From: Pelagibacterales bacterium MED-G40
Lineage (GTDB): Bacteria > Pseudomonadota > Alphaproteobacteria > Pelagibacterales > Pelagibacteraceae
Length of the DNA: 64,000 bases
Assembly: GCA_002457515.1 (NCBI GenBank)
Contig: NTJN01000005.1
Location: 403 to 64,402, forward strand
Reading direction: 5' to 3'
This document shows positions 49,425 to 60,812 of this stretch, piece after piece. Position numbers and translations under genes: made by a program. Positions within the stretch are counted from its first letter, which is position 1, and every line of letters begins with the position of its first letter. The notes beneath the pieces are model-generated. The model saw only the letters and a list, made by a program, of their open reading frames with translations, was not told the DNA's origin and made no database searches.

Positions 49425-49598
49425 TTATACGTCTAAAATTTTTTTGCCGTTGTAATAACCGGTTTTTAAATCTATATGATGTGACAGCCTATATTCACCG
49501 CTTTTTTTATCTTCAATCACATTTATAGCAGAAACCTTATGGTGTGATCTTCTTTGGTTTCTTCTCGACTTAGATGTTTTTCGTTTTGGTACAGCCAT
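49425..49598 (-). CDS. rpmF: 50S ribosomal protein L32 (57 aa, Cys-less; below ORF-track cutoff)
   Basis: Manual translation [57 protein letters not shown]. Confidence 0.95.
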   Translation of the reverse strand: MAVPKRKTSKSRRNQRRSHHKVSAINVIEDKKSGEYRLSHHIDLKTGYYNGKKILDV

Positions 49599-49602
49599 AA
49601 AA

Positions 49603-50103
49603 TTAATATTTATAATTTATCTGTCCTTTTAACATAATTTCATCTTCTAATTCAAAGCAAAAGTTGCAAAAATTTCCATAATAGTCCTCTAATTTACTTG
49701 CTATTTTAGAATTATTGTTATCATTTAAAATAAAATGCTCATTAATTATATTCCTTTTTAAAATTAACTTATTATCATTATTGATCTCCATTTTTAACAA
49801 GATGTTATAAAAAATTTTGTTAAGTGTTTTCATTTGTTTGTTTACAACTACATCGCCGTGACCTAATTCTCTTAAATGATACTCTATATTTAGAAAAACA
49901 TTATCAAATATTTTTTGAGGAAACTTACTATTACTATTTTTCTTAAATTTTAACAAAATTACTGAAAAATGAAAAAAAATAAGTATTACTCGAGTTTCAA
50001 AGTTGTCTTTTAGTTTTAAATCTCTATAAAAAAAAATATTACGTGATAATTCAACTAATTTGTTGTAAAGATTGTTATTATGCCGATTATAAAAAGCAAA
50101 CAT
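49603..50103 (-). CDS. Ubiquinol-cytochrome c chaperone (Cbp3-like)
   Basis: DNFETR...[13 protein letters not shown]; divergent from bamE as in alphaproteobacteria. Confidence 0.8.
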   Translation of the reverse strand: MFAFYNRHNNNLYNKLVELSRNIFFYRDLKLKDNFETRVILIFFHFSVILLKFKKNSNSKFPQKIFDNVFLNIEYHLRELGHGDVVVNKQMKTLNKIFYNILLKMEINNDNKLILKRNIINEHFILNDNNNSKIASKLEDYYGNFCNFCFELEDEIMLKGQINYKY

Positions 50104-50553
50104 ATTTATATAATTTGTATTATTAATATTTTTATTATTCTAACACATTGCCAATTGCAAGAGCCCAAAAAAGTACATGGTATAAACTTTTTAGAAAATA
50201 GAGAAAAAGTTTTAATAGTTAATAAAACCAACAAAAATGACGTAGTTAGTTTAATTGGAAATCCTCATTTAACATCAATTACTTACCCTAATAAATGGAT
50301 ATATTTTCAAAGAACTTTATCTAAGGGAAAATTACATAAATTAGGACAAAATGTACTTAAAGAAAATAATGTTCTCGAATTAAGTTTTGACAAGTATGGA
50401 ATTCTTAAAAATAAGAAACTTTATAAAAAAGAAGATATGAATAAAGTTGCTTTTTCTAAAGCTGAAACTAAGAATGAAATCTCAAAACAAAGTTTTGTTG
50501 GGAAGTTTCTTTCTAGCGTAAAACAAAAAATGTATGGAAAGAAAAAGTTTTAA
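50080..50553 (+). CDS. bamE: Outer membrane assembly lipoprotein BamE/OmlA
   Basis: Lipobox LTHC, HG, NKNDV..LIGNP, WIY, L.FDKYG. Confidence 0.82.
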   Translation: MPIIKSKHIYIICIINIFIILTHCQLQEPKKVHGINFLENREKVLIVNKTNKNDVVSLIGNPHLTSITYPNKWIYFQRTLSKGKLHKLGQNVLKENNVLELSFDKYGILKNKKLYKKEDMNKVAFSKAETKNEISKQSFVGKFLSSVKQKMYGKKKF

Positions 50554-52652
50554 TGAGCTATTACAGCTAATAATAATAGAGCAACAATATTTGTAATTTT
50601 AATCATTGGATTAACTGCTGGACCCGCAGTGTCTTTATAAGGGTCGCCTACAGTGTCGCCTGTAACTGCAGCTTTATGCGCCTCGGAACCTTTGCCTCCA
50701 AAATTGCCATCTTCAATATATTTTTTTGCATTATCCCACGCACCACCACCAGCTGTCATAGATATAGCAACAAATAACCCAGTGACGATTACCCCAAGAA
50801 GCATGGCTCCCAAGGATGACAATGCAGCCTCAATTCCTCCAATAGGTAAAATTATAAAATATAAAACAATAGGAGATAACACAGGAAGCAATGAAGGTAT
50901 TATCATTTCTTTTATTGCTGCTTTAGTTAGTAGGTCAACTAATTTTCCGTAATCAGGTTTTCTCTTTCCTTTCATGATGCCTGGTATTTTTTTAAATTGT
51001 CTTCTAACTTCTATTACAACAGCACCACCTGCTCTACCAACTGCTTGCATGCCCATAGAACCAAACAGATATGGAAGCATTCCACCCACAAGCAATCCAA
51101 TTACAACAAATGGATTAGATAAATCGAAACTAACACTTATATTTTCTAGAGTTGAACCTTTAACGGTTGAAAAAAACTTGATGTCTTCAGTATACGCAGC
51201 AAATAATACTAAAGCACCTAATCCTGCAGAGCCTATAGCATATCCCTTAGTAACAGCTTTTGTTGTATTGCCTACAGCATCTAACGCATCAGTAGTTTTT
51301 CTAACGTTTTTTGGTAATTTAGACATTTCTGCAATTCCGCCAGCATTATCAGTAACCGGACCATAAGCATCTAAAGCGACTACCATGCCAGTAAGTGCCA
51401 ACATAGAAGTTACAGCTATAGCAATTCCAAACAAACCAGCTAAATGATTTGTAAATAGAATTCCAACTACAATAATCAAAGCCGGTATAGCTGTTGCCTC
51501 CATAGATACCGCTAAACCTTGAATAACATTAGTTCCATGACCAGTTTTAGATGAATTTGCTACGCTTTTTACCGGTCTATAGTTTGTTCCAGTATAATAC
51601 TCGGTTATCCAAATAATTAATCCTGTTATAACAAGTCCGGCAACACCACAAATATAAAGACTGAATCCAGAGAATGAATTATTTTCAGTAGTAAAAACAT
51701 TATCCAAACCAATTACTGAATCTGTTACAGGATAAAAAATAATTAGAGATAAAATAGCAGTTGCTATAAATCCTTTGTACAAAGCCCCCATAATGTTTTT
51801 GCTTTTGCCCAGTCTTACAAACCAAGTTCCAATTATTGTTGTAAATATGCATGACGCTCCAATAGATAAAGGATAAATCATCATATTAGGATCATTTGGG
51901 AAAAAAATTGAAGATAAAACCATTGTGGCTACAATAGTAACTGCGTAGGTTTCAAAAAGATCTGCAGCCATTCCTGCACAATCACCTACATTATCACCCA
52001 CGTTATCAGCGATTACTGCTGGGTTTCTTGGGTCGTCTTCGGGTATACCTGCTTCAACTTTTCCAACTAAATCAGCTCCTACATCTGCACCCTTTGTAAA
52101 AATTCCTCCACCTAATCTTGCAAAAATTGATATTAACGATGCTCCAAATCCTAAGGCCACAAGAGCATTAATTATTTCTCTGTTGTCAACATTAGAATTT
52201 ACTAAAATTATATAATAAACAGTTATTGCTAATAAAGCTAAACCAGCGACTAGCAAACCAGTAATAGCACCAGATTTAAATGCAATAGTTAATCCATCTT
52301 GTAAACTTTTTCTTGATGCCTCAGCGGTTCTTACATTTGCTTTGACAGAAATTAACATTCCAACATAACCTGCTACTCCAGATAAGAAAGCGCCAATAAA
52401 GTATCCTACGCCAACTAGAAAACTAAAAAAGTAAGTAACAATTATAAGAACTATAACTCCAACGATGGCTATAGTTTTATACTGTCGATTTAAGTATGCT
52501 TTTGCACCAATTTGAATCGCTTGTGCAATTTCTTGCATTTTATTGTTTCCTGGGCTTGATGATAATATTTGATTAGATAATAAGTAACTATAAGCTACAG
52601 CAATAATGCCTGAAAAAACAATTAAATATAATAATTCAAAAACTGACTGCAT
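50550..52652 (-). CDS. hppA: Membrane H+-translocating pyrophosphatase, K+-independent type
   Basis: [34 protein letters not shown] (Lys = K+-independent), [10 protein letters not shown]; ATG 52652 preferred. Confidence 0.96.
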   Translation of the reverse strand: MQSVFELLYLIVFSGIIAVAYSYLLSNQILSSSPGNNKMQEIAQAIQIGAKAYLNRQYKTIAIVGVIVLIIVTYFFSFLVGVGYFIGAFLSGVAGYVGMLISVKANVRTAEASRKSLQDGLTIAFKSGAITGLLVAGLALLAITVYYIILVNSNVDNREIINALVALGFGASLISIFARLGGGIFTKGADVGADLVGKVEAGIPEDDPRNPAVIADNVGDNVGDCAGMAADLFETYAVTIVATMVLSSIFFPNDPNMMIYPLSIGASCIFTTIIGTWFVRLGKSKNIMGALYKGFIATAILSLIIFYPVTDSVIGLDNVFTTENNSFSGFSLYICGVAGLVITGLIIWITEYYTGTNYRPVKSVANSSKTGHGTNVIQGLAVSMEATAIPALIIVVGILFTNHLAGLFGIAIAVTSMLALTGMVVALDAYGPVTDNAGGIAEMSKLPKNVRKTTDALDAVGNTTKAVTKGYAIGSAGLGALVLFAAYTEDIKFFSTVKGSTLENISVSFDLSNPFVVIGLLVGGMLPYLFGSMGMQAVGRAGGAVVIEVRRQFKKIPGIMKGKRKPDYGKLVDLLTKAAIKEMIIPSLLPVLSPIVLYFIILPIGGIEAALSSLGAMLLGVIVTGLFVAISMTAGGGAWDNAKKYIEDGNFGGKGSEAHKAAVTGDTVGDPYKDTAGPAVNPMIKITNIVALLLLAVIAH

Positions 52653-52669
52653 AATTTGATAAAGCACGC

Positions 52670-52698
52670 AAATTGCCAAATAAAATAAAAAAAGGCAA
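52670..52698 (-). promoter_or_regulatory. Putative hppA promoter
   Basis: TTGCCT-N17-CAATTT on the minus strand, covering the track's TTG start and so supporting ATG 52652. Confidence 0.5.
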
Positions 52699-52715
52699 GC
52701 TAATTTTTTGTTATT

Positions 52716-53108
52716 TTATCTTACTTTTTTTGAGATTTTGTCCAAAATCGCATTAAGATATTTTATTTGGGCTTCTTCTAAAAAAAACTCAGAAGATCTT
52801 ACATATTCAGCAATTATAACATTTTTAGGATTATTGAGTTTGAAAATAAGTTCAAAAACAGCAGCAAATATAATGATTTTTAATATCTTGTCTGTCTTTT
52901 TAAGATTAATATCATCCGTTAGGTGCTTTAATATAGTCTCTTCAATAAGCTCTTTTCTTTCAAGAGTTCCGGTAACAACATCCTTCATAAATTTTTTATA
53001 CTGACTTTTTGGAAAGAATATCTTTTCATCAGGATTCAAAAGATTGCTATATAGTTTTTGAATAATTTTTATTCTTGGAGTTGATGACTGTTTATCTTTT
53101 TTAATCAT
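52716..53108 (-). CDS. nusB: Transcription antitermination factor NusB
   Basis: D.IL....A.FEL, P.NVII.EY, Y.NAILD; follows ribH. Confidence 0.88.
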   Translation of the reverse strand: MIKKDKQSSTPRIKIIQKLYSNLLNPDEKIFFPKSQYKKFMKDVVTGTLERKELIEETILKHLTDDINLKKTDKILKIIIFAAVFELIFKLNNPKNVIIAEYVRSSEFFLEEAQIKYLNAILDKISKKVR

Positions 53109-53493
53109 CTAAAACACTAATAACTGCTTCAGCCGCCTCTTTACCTTTATCAAATCTCTTAATAGCTTGCTCTTTATTTAAACAAGTTAGTACGGCATTT
53201 CCTATAGGTTTTCTATGCGTAATGGATAGATTCATTATACCACGAGTAATGGCTTCAGAAATAAAATTAAAATTTGGAGTTTCCCCCTTGATGATGGATC
53301 CTATAGCAATAAAACCATCAAATTTTTTAATATTTCTAGAAATAGCGACAGGAATTTCAAAAGCACCTGAAACATTTTTTGTTATAAAAGATATATTGTT
53401 AAAATCTGACAGTTTATTGCAAGCACTACTATATAATCTAGATGTGTCGTTATATGAAGATCTTACAATTAAAATTTTAATCTTTTTTTTCAT
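53101..53493 (-). CDS. ribH: 6,7-dimethyl-8-ribityllumazine synthase
   Basis: VSGAFEIP, IAIGSIIKGET, PIGNAVLT, KGKEAA. Confidence 0.92.
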   Translation of the reverse strand: MKKKIKILIVRSSYNDTSRLYSSACNKLSDFNNISFITKNVSGAFEIPVAISRNIKKFDGFIAIGSIIKGETPNFNFISEAITRGIMNLSITHRKPIGNAVLTCLNKEQAIKRFDKGKEAAEAVISVLDD

Positions 53494-54560
53494 TTAATAA
53501 TCTCTTGTTTAGATATTTTAATACCAAAACCCTCCAAACCTATAATTTTCTTTTTAGAGCGAGATACTAATATCATACTTTTAATTTTTAGGTCTTTAAT
53601 AATTTGAGCTCCAATCCCATAATATCTCAATGTATTGTTGCTTTTCTGTATATCTTTTTTAATAGAATTTAAATTTTGGTCTTTAATAATTATTAAAACA
53701 TAATTGTTAAATTTAGAAAGATAGCCTAATGATTTCTTTAATATATTTTGGTTAAAATTTATCATATTATTCAGTATATTAGTTGAAATAACTCTTACTC
53801 TAATTGGTTTAGACGATTTAATTTTTCCTTTTATCAAAGCATAATGTTCTGATTTGTCCATTTTATTTTCAAAAAGTTTAAGTTCAAATTTTCCAAATTT
53901 TTTTATGTTAAAGGATTTACTAGAAATATTCTTTATTAGTTGTTCATTTTTTACCCTATATGAAATTAAATCTTCTATACTAGCAATCTTAAGTTTGTGT
54001 TTTTTAGAGAATTTCATTAAATCATCAAATCTAGCCATTCTTCCATCTTCATTCATGACTTCACATATAACGGCACTGGGATTTAACTTAGAAAGCTTTG
54101 ATATATCTATTGAAGCTTCTGTATGACCTGCTCTCTCTAAAACACCACCACTTCTTGAAACCAATGGAAAAACATGTCCAGGAGAAACTATGTCTTTTTT
54201 TTTTGACTTAGGATTGATTGCTACTTTAATAGTTTTTGCCCGATCAAAAGCTGAAATTCCAGTAGAAATACCTTTTTTTGCCTCTATTGAAACTGTGAAG
54301 GCAGTTTGCATTCGCGCTTGGTTGACACTTGACATAAGCGGTAAAGATAATCTCTCAACTTGTTTTTTTGTCAAAGCAAGGCATATTAAACCACGACCAT
54401 GTTTTGCCATAAAATTAATATTTTTAGAATTGCATTTTGATCCAGGTATTATCAAATCTCCTTCATTCTCTCTATTTTTATCATCTACCAAAATAAACAT
54501 TTTACCTTTTCTGGCATCTTTAATAATTTCTTTAATTGAAGAAAGTGACGTATTTTTCAT
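53490..54560 (-). CDS. ribB: DHBP synthase fused to a degenerate GTP cyclohydrolase II-like domain (RibBX type)
   Basis: DDKNRENEGD, AFTVSIE, PGHVFPL, RAGHTE; C-domain ends YGIGAQI but has no Zn cysteines. Confidence 0.92.
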   Translation of the reverse strand: MKNTSLSSIKEIIKDARKGKMFILVDDKNRENEGDLIIPGSKCNSKNINFMAKHGRGLICLALTKKQVERLSLPLMSSVNQARMQTAFTVSIEAKKGISTGISAFDRAKTIKVAINPKSKKKDIVSPGHVFPLVSRSGGVLERAGHTEASIDISKLSKLNPSAVICEVMNEDGRMARFDDLMKFSKKHKLKIASIEDLISYRVKNEQLIKNISSKSFNIKKFGKFELKLFENKMDKSEHYALIKGKIKSSKPIRVRVISTNILNNMINFNQNILKKSLGYLSKFNNYVLIIIKDQNLNSIKKDIQKSNNTLRYYGIGAQIIKDLKIKSMILVSRSKKKIIGLEGFGIKISKQEIIK

Positions 54561-55157
54561 TTAACTTGTAAAATTCAATAAATATTTACTAAAAATATCA
54601 AATTCAATATTTACTAAATCTCCTTTTTTTAATTTAACAAGATTTGTTAGTTTTAAAGTATGAGGTATCACATTAATCTGAAAACCTCTTTTGGTTAATT
54701 TAGATATTGTTAAGGACACACCATTAACAGAAATTGAACCTTTTTCTACTAAATATTTATTAAAATTATTTTTAATCTCAAAATCTATAACCCAAGTTTT
54801 TTGAATTATTTTAATTTTTTTAATTTTAGATGTTGTATCCACATGTCCTTGAACATAATGACCAGAAACTTTTTGTCCATGATTTAAAGATTTTTCAATA
54901 TTAATGTAATTTCCTATCTTCGCATTTCTAAAATTTGATCTTTTAAGAGTTTCTTTTGAGAGATAAAAAAAGAAAGATTTTTTTCCAATACCTATTAGTG
55001 TTAAACACACTCCATCACAAGAAACTGACTCACCTATATCAGATTTTTTTAACTTTATATTAGAATCAATCTCTAAAACTAAGCTACCAGATACGTATTT
55101 AGGATTTTTTTTTAACCTTTTAATTAATCCTTGATTATAAATAATACCGTTAAACAT
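54561..55157 (-). CDS. ribE: Riboflavin synthase (alpha chain)
   Basis: MFNGII, DGVCLT, GHYVQGHVD, NGVSLT, IPHT. Confidence 0.95.
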   Translation of the reverse strand: MFNGIIYNQGLIKRLKKNPKYVSGSLVLEIDSNIKLKKSDIGESVSCDGVCLTLIGIGKKSFFFYLSKETLKRSNFRNAKIGNYINIEKSLNHGQKVSGHYVQGHVDTTSKIKKIKIIQKTWVIDFEIKNNFNKYLVEKGSISVNGVSLTISKLTKRGFQINVIPHTLKLTNLVKLKKGDLVNIEFDIFSKYLLNFTS

Positions 55158-56254
55158 TAATTAATTTTTATTTTATAAAGTGACTCTCCGTTTAAGTACA
55201 CATTTACTCTTTTATTTTTTAGTTTAATTTTTTTAAGACTATTTGAATTGTCGTAATTTATACCTTTGCTGCCCAATTTATAATTGTTTTTAAAAATATA
55301 CAAATTGTTGATCATTTTAACTTTTAAAAAAAAATTAAGAATATTGAGACCGCTTTCTAAAAGAATCCTAGATATTCCTAATTTATTTAGTAAGTATAAA
55401 ATATGTAAATAGTCATTGTAAGATGACATTTTATCAACTTTAATTATTTTTATACCTTTCCTTCTAAAAAATAACTCCTTAGCTTTATTTTTCTTAGAAG
55501 TTAAAATGTATATTTTTCTATTTAATTTGTTTTTTATAATTTTTAAATTCTTTCTTAACTTAAAATTTCTGTCAATTATCACAACTGTAGGTGATTTTTT
55601 TTCTAATCCTTCTATTCGGCAATTTAGTTCAGAATTGTCATCATTAATGGACTTAGATGTAGACATTATACAATCATAATTTGATCTAATCAGATGAGCT
55701 ATAACTCTAGATTGTTTATTTGAAATCCATTTTGACGAACTGCTTTTTGTAAAATAATCTTTAGAAATGGCAATTTTTGCATCTAGATATGGAAGTTTCT
55801 TTTTTTTATTTAAATAATAACTCTCATAAAATTTTTTACCGTATTTCTCATTAATTCTATTTTTAACAAAAATATTTTTTTTTCTAAGTTTATATAAAGA
55901 CTTTTTTTTTGATCTTTTATCTAAATCAAATATTGAAAAAAAAACTTTTTTAATTTTGTTTTTTATTATAATTTTTGTACATGGAGGTGTTTTGCCGTAA
56001 TGAGAGCATGGTTCTAATGAAATATATATATTTGAATCTTTGAAATTTATATTTTTATTTAGAGCATTAAATTCAGCATGAGGACGTCCCTTTAAAGAAG
56101 TATAAGCCGAAGAAATAACAGAACCATTTTTTTCTACAATACATCCTACAGAAGGATTGGTGCCTGTAGATCCTAAATTAATCTTTGCTTGCTCGTAAGC
56201 TAATTTAATAAATTTCGACTCTTTTAATAAAGAGTCACTTTTTTGATTTAACAT
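55157..56254 (-). CDS. ribD: Riboflavin biosynthesis deaminase/reductase
   Basis: [32 protein letters not shown]. Confidence 0.93.
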   Translation of the reverse strand: MLNQKSDSLLKESKFIKLAYEQAKINLGSTGTNPSVGCIVEKNGSVISSAYTSLKGRPHAEFNALNKNINFKDSNIYISLEPCSHYGKTPPCTKIIIKNKIKKVFFSIFDLDKRSKKKSLYKLRKKNIFVKNRINEKYGKKFYESYYLNKKKKLPYLDAKIAISKDYFTKSSSSKWISNKQSRVIAHLIRSNYDCIMSTSKSINDDNSELNCRIEGLEKKSPTVVIIDRNFKLRKNLKIIKNKLNRKIYILTSKKNKAKELFFRRKGIKIIKVDKMSSYNDYLHILYLLNKLGISRILLESGLNILNFFLKVKMINNLYIFKNNYKLGSKGINYDNSNSLKKIKLKNKRVNVYLNGESLYKIKIN

Positions 56255-56699
56255 GTAATTTGCCTATATATTCCTCAAATTCTTCAACCTCTTTGAAATT
56301 TGTGTATACAGAAGCAAATCTTATATAAGCGATTTTGTCTAAATCTTTTAAGCTCTCCATAACCATTTTTCCAATAATGCTTGATTGAATTTCTGGCTGA
56401 CCCATTTCTTCAAGTTCTCTAGATATTTTTGAAATAAGTTTTTCAATAGTTTCACTATCTATAGGTCTTTTTTTTAAGGCAATAAAAAGTGATTTAGCTA
56501 ACTTTTCTCTATCAAAAGGAGATTTACGACCATTCTTTTTAATGACAGTTAACTCTCTAAATTGAACTCTTTCAAACGTTGTAAATCTTTGACCGCCTCC
56601 ACAAGTACAGCTTCTTCTTCGTCTAATAGCTGTGCCATCCTCTGTAGGTCTAGAGTCAACTACTGATGTATCTTTTTCTCTACAAAATGGACAAAGCAT
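56235..56699 (-). CDS. nrdR: Transcriptional repressor NrdR
   Basis: CPFC, DSR, IRRRR, RFTTFE, ATP cone, AYIRFASVY. Confidence 0.96.
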   Translation of the reverse strand: MLCPFCREKDTSVVDSRPTEDGTAIRRRRSCTCGGGQRFTTFERVQFRELTVIKKNGRKSPFDREKLAKSLFIALKKRPIDSETIEKLISKISRELEEMGQPEIQSSIIGKMVMESLKDLDKIAYIRFASVYTNFKEVEEFEEYIGKLHVKSKK

Positions 56700-56702
56700 A
56701 AT

Positions 56703-58019
56703 TTAGTTTTTTAATAAATGATTATATATAGGAAATTTTGAACAAAGTTCAATTACTTCTTTTCTTACTTCTGATTCTACTGCGCTATTATTATTTGGAT
56801 CTTGGGCTAAGCCTTTTATAACTTTAGTAATTAACTCACCAACTTTTTTAAATTCATTTAATCCAAATCCTCTAGTTGTCGCTGCTTGTGAACCAAGTCT
56901 AATACCGGAAGTAACTGTCATTTTCTCTGTATCAAAAGGTATTCCATTTTTATTACATGTAATATTAGCCTTACATAAACTAATTTCAGCTGCTTTACCT
57001 GTAACTTTGAATGGTCTTAGATCAACTAGCATTAAATGAGTGTCTGTACCTCCGGAAAAAATTTTAAATCCATTTGATTTTAAAGTTTCAGATAAAATTT
57101 TAGCATTCGCAAGAACAGATTTAATATAATCTTTAAATGAAGGTTTTAAAGCTTCCTGAAAAGCCACCGCTTTAGCGGCAACAACGTGCATTAATGGTCC
57201 GCCTTGATATCCTGGAAACACTGCTGAATTAATCTTTTTAATTAAATCCTCTCTATTGGTTAAAATAATTCCACCCCTAGCACCTCTTAAAACTTTATGA
57301 GTTGTTGATGTAACAACATCGGCATATTCAACAGGATTTGGGTAGCCTTTTCCTGCAACTAATCCTGAAAAGTGTGCCATATCAACCATGAAAAATGCAT
57401 TAACACTATCAGCAATTTCTCTAAATTTTTTGAAATCTATTATTCTTGAGTAAGCACTACCGCCAGCAATAATAAGTTTTGGTTTATGCTCCTTCGCTAA
57501 CTTTTCAACTTCAGAATAATCAATTAGGCCAGTTTCTTTATTCACATCATAGTGAAATGATTTTAACCATTTCCCAGAAATTGAAACTTTAGCACCATGT
57601 GTTAAATGTCCACCTGAATTTAAGCTCATACCAAGTATTGGGTCTCCAGGATTTAAAAGCGCTAAATATACAGCTCCATTGGCTTGAGCACCCGAGTGTG
57701 GTTGAACGTTTGCATATTTACAATTGTACAATTTTTTTACTCTATCTAGAGCTAATTCTTCTGCTTTGTCGACAAACTCACATCCTCCATAATATCTTTT
57801 AGAAGGATAACCCTCAGCATATTTGTTTGTCATTATTGATCCCTGTGCATCTAACACTGCTTTTGAGACAATATTTTCAGAAGCTATGAGTTCTATATGT
57901 TGTTGTTGTCTTTGAAGTTCTAACTTTATTGAATTATACAAATCTGGATCTGAATTTGATAAGTCGCTATCAAAAAAATTCTGATAATCGTTAGAGGAAT
58001 ATTTTACAAATTTTGACAT
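56703..58019 (-). CDS. glyA: Serine hydroxymethyltransferase
   Basis: [29 protein letters not shown]. Confidence 0.98.
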   Translation of the reverse strand: MSKFVKYSSNDYQNFFDSDLSNSDPDLYNSIKLELQRQQQHIELIASENIVSKAVLDAQGSIMTNKYAEGYPSKRYYGGCEFVDKAEELALDRVKKLYNCKYANVQPHSGAQANGAVYLALLNPGDPILGMSLNSGGHLTHGAKVSISGKWLKSFHYDVNKETGLIDYSEVEKLAKEHKPKLIIAGGSAYSRIIDFKKFREIADSVNAFFMVDMAHFSGLVAGKGYPNPVEYADVVTSTTHKVLRGARGGIILTNREDLIKKINSAVFPGYQGGPLMHVVAAKAVAFQEALKPSFKDYIKSVLANAKILSETLKSNGFKIFSGGTDTHLMLVDLRPFKVTGKAAEISLCKANITCNKNGIPFDTEKMTVTSGIRLGSQAATTRGFGLNEFKKVGELITKVIKGLAQDPNNNSAVESEVRKEVIELCSKFPIYNHLLKN

Positions 58020-58024
58020 CTTGT

Positions 58025-58462
58025 TTAAATTTTTTTAACTCTTCTAAGATGTCGCCCGCCTTCAAACTTTGTTTTAAGAAAAATTTTAATCAGTTTCATA
58101 GCTTCATCTTTTTTTATTAATCTTGATCCTAGAGCTATGATATTAGCATTATTATGTTGTCTGGACAAACGTGTAGATTTGGCGTTATAGCAGACAGCAG
58201 CCCTTATTCCCTTAGTTTTATTTGCAGAAATTGCCATTCCAGTGCCTGAACCACATACCAAAATACCAATTTCGCTTCTTTTAGAAGCAACTCTTCTGGC
58301 AATTTTTTTTGCATAGTCAGGATAATCTACTGAACTAGCTTTATATGGACCAAGATCTACTAAAGGAATTTCTTTTTTAATTAAATATGATTTAATATAT
58401 TCTTTTAGAAAAAATCCTGCATGATCAGACGAAATGCAAATTTTCTTTAAAGATGAATTCAA
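58025..58462 (-). CDS. rpiB: Ribose-5-phosphate isomerase B
   Basis: SDHAG, VDYPD, CGSGTG, HNNAN, FEGGRH. Confidence 0.95.
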   Translation of the reverse strand: MNSSLKKICISSDHAGFFLKEYIKSYLIKKEIPLVDLGPYKASSVDYPDYAKKIARRVASKRSEIGILVCGSGTGMAISANKTKGIRAAVCYNAKSTRLSRQHNNANIIALGSRLIKKDEAMKLIKIFLKTKFEGGRHLRRVKKI

Positions 58463-58464
58463 TG

Positions 58465-59064
58465 TTAATTAAATTTGTAATCTAAAACACAAGCCACTAG
58501 ATGCACTCTGTTTTCTTCTCCACCATTAAAGGCATTGTGATATTTAGTATTGTTAGTAATCCAAGCAGATCCATCTGCTGGTAAATGTTTGGCAAATTCT
58601 TCTATGACCATAATGGAGCCAGGATTTGTAATTATTGGAACGTGTAACCTTGGTTCGGGGTCTCTGTGCCAGCTTAATGTTGATCTAGGTTCCTTTAAAA
58701 GTATTCTCACTCTACCAAGTTTAAATTTAGAAGAAAGTTTATCGTAAACTTCTTTAAAATAAGTGTGATCATAGTCTTTTACAAACTCAGTGTATGCTGA
58801 CTCATTGATCGCCTTATCTCTTTTGGCTTCTTTTCCTGAATGATCTGGTTTCGTCCAAAAAACACCTCTAGCATTATTTCCTTTTATTGAGTCTGGCTGA
58901 CCTGGAATTTGATTCAAACAAATCGCACCAAAATGAGATATGCCACCCGCTGTATCATATTTTTTTATTTTTAAAATTTCTTTAAGAGCAGTTTGTAGTT
59001 TTGATACATCAAACTTTAAATTTTCTATTTTGTAAAAATCTTTATGTAAATTTGTGTTGTTCAC
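58465..59064 (-). CDS. Aspartyl/asparaginyl beta-hydroxylase-like Fe(II)/2OG cupin protein
   Basis: GRVR, WHRD (HxD), RLHVP, H.A.NGG...R.HLV; SD AAGGA before GTG. Confidence 0.72.
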   Translation of the reverse strand: MNNTNLHKDFYKIENLKFDVSKLQTALKEILKIKKYDTAGGISHFGAICLNQIPGQPDSIKGNNARGVFWTKPDHSGKEAKRDKAINESAYTEFVKDYDHTYFKEVYDKLSSKFKLGRVRILLKEPRSTLSWHRDPEPRLHVPIITNPGSIMVIEEFAKHLPADGSAWITNNTKYHNAFNGGEENRVHLVACVLDYKFN

Positions 59065-59142
59065 AGTTAACTATTCCTTTAGATTAGTTTATTATAAATG
59101 TATAATATATTAATTGTCACATCGTATAAACATTTTTAATTT

Positions 59143-60138
59143 ATGAAAATACTTGGCAAATATCCTAAATTAAGATTGAGAAGGGTTCGCAAAAGTGACT
59201 GGGTTAGAAGACTCGTGTCAGAAAACAGTCTCTCAACTGATGATTTGATACTACCCATTTTTATTCGTGAAGGAAAAAATAAAATTGAGCCTATTAAATC
59301 AATGCCAGGTGTCAATCGTTACAGTATTGATAGGTTAAGTTATGTAATAGAAAAAGCATGCAATTTAAAAATCCCATTGGTTGCTTTGTTTCCCTACACT
59401 CCTGATAATAAAAAAAATAATTATGGTACAGAGTCGCTTAATAAGAACAATCTAGTTTGTAAAGCATTAAGAGAAATAAAAAAAAACTTTAAAGAAATAG
59501 GAACTATGTGTGATGTGGCACTAGATCCGTATACTTCGCATGGACATGATGGGATTTTTGTAGATGGTGATGTAGAAAATGATAAAACGATAAAAATTTT
59601 AGCTAAACAATCTTTGCTTCAGGCTCAAATGGGATGTGATATTATTGCTCCATCCGACATGATGGATGGAAGAGTTTCTGAAATAAGAAAGATTTTAGAT
59701 AAAAACAATTTTAAAAACACTAAAATTTTATCATATGCAGTTAAATACGCTTCTAATTTTTATGGTCCTTTTAGAGATGCTGTTGGCTCTAAAAATAAAT
59801 TAAAAGGAACAAAAAAAACCTATCAGATGGATTTTAAAAATTCTCAAGAAGCCATCAGAGAAGTAGCTATGGATATAAATGAAGGAGCTGACATGGTAAT
59901 GGTCAAACCTGGTATGCCATATCTTGATATTATAAAAACTATCAAAGACAATTTTAAGATACCTGTTATCTCTTACCAAGTCTCAGGTGAATATAGTATT
60001 ATTAAAAATGGTATAAAGAATAAATTAATAAATGAAGATAGTGTTTTAGAAAGCTTAATTGCTCTTAAAAGAGCAGGATCTTCAGCAATGGTCACATACT
60101 TTGCATTAGATATAGCAAAGAAACTCAGATCTAATTGA
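59143..60138 (+). CDS. hemB: Porphobilinogen synthase (Asp-rich, Zn-independent type)
   Basis: DVALDPYTSHGHDG, PSDMMDGR, YGPFRDA, MVKPG, YQVSGEY. Confidence 0.97.
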   Translation: MKILGKYPKLRLRRVRKSDWVRRLVSENSLSTDDLILPIFIREGKNKIEPIKSMPGVNRYSIDRLSYVIEKACNLKIPLVALFPYTPDNKKNNYGTESLNKNNLVCKALREIKKNFKEIGTMCDVALDPYTSHGHDGIFVDGDVENDKTIKILAKQSLLQAQMGCDIIAPSDMMDGRVSEIRKILDKNNFKNTKILSYAVKYASNFYGPFRDAVGSKNKLKGTKKTYQMDFKNSQEAIREVAMDINEGADMVMVKPGMPYLDIIKTIKDNFKIPVISYQVSGEYSIIKNGIKNKLINEDSVLESLIALKRAGSSAMVTYFALDIAKKLRSN

Positions 60139-60811
60139 AATAATTCTCAAGTAATACTCTGGATTTTGGTAAGTTTAAGTTGTTTGGTAAAAAAAACTTA
60201 TTTAGCATTATGCTTCTTGTAAAAATTAAAGATTTTTTAATTAAATGATTGTCAATACTTTTTGGCATAACATTTTTAATTAAGAATGATGGTATTTGAT
60301 ATTTTGAATTATCGATATCTACAATAACTAATTCATTATTTGAATAATTCATTGAATTAAATTTACTTATATTTGTATCAAAACCAAGTTCCTTAATTAA
60401 ACTTAATTCCCAATAAATAAATAATAAAATCCATTGATCTTGATAAAGATTTTGTAAAAGTTTTTCTAACGAGTTATATATGTTTCTATATGGTTGAGAT
60501 TCCGGCAATAAAACATTTAATAAAGATGTTAAAGACATTAATGCAGCAGATCTTTTTTTATCATTAAAGTATTTTGGTGAAATAGGTTCAACTAGTTCAG
60601 TTTTAAAATATCCAATTTTATTTTCATTTTTTGAATTGTAAAAAATAAAAATCTTATTAGAAATTTGGAGATAATTTCTAATTTTTCTTGAATTGCCTCC
60701 GTATACGATACCACTCACTTTACCAAATGTATTAGTAAATACATTAATGATATTTGCATTCTCTCTAAATTTTCTTTTAGATAAAAGATATCCTTCGTCT
60801 TCCCAATTCAT
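60131..60811 (-). CDS. recO: DNA repair protein RecO
   Basis: MNWEDEG.LLS...F.E, G...G.V.GG, WEL.L..ELGF; follows rnc. Confidence 0.88.
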   Translation of the reverse strand: MNWEDEGYLLSKRKFRENANIINVFTNTFGKVSGIVYGGNSRKIRNYLQISNKIFIFYNSKNENKIGYFKTELVEPISPKYFNDKKRSAALMSLTSLLNVLLPESQPYRNIYNSLEKLLQNLYQDQWILLFIYWELSLIKELGFDTNISKFNSMNYSNNELVIVDIDNSKYQIPSFLIKNVMPKSIDNHLIKKSLIFTRSIMLNKFFLPNNLNLPKSRVLLENYFN

Positions 60812-60812
60812 T

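Noticed and set aside
56590-56625. NrdR second zinc pair CTC-GGG instead of CxxC
   Set aside because: Four Cys are still present and the frame is intact; a minor spacing variant
54561-59140. FMN or glycine/THF riboswitch ahead of rib genes or glyA
   Set aside because: Intergenic gaps are 0-5 nt, and the 78-nt gap before hemB is AT-rich with no aptamer-like sequence
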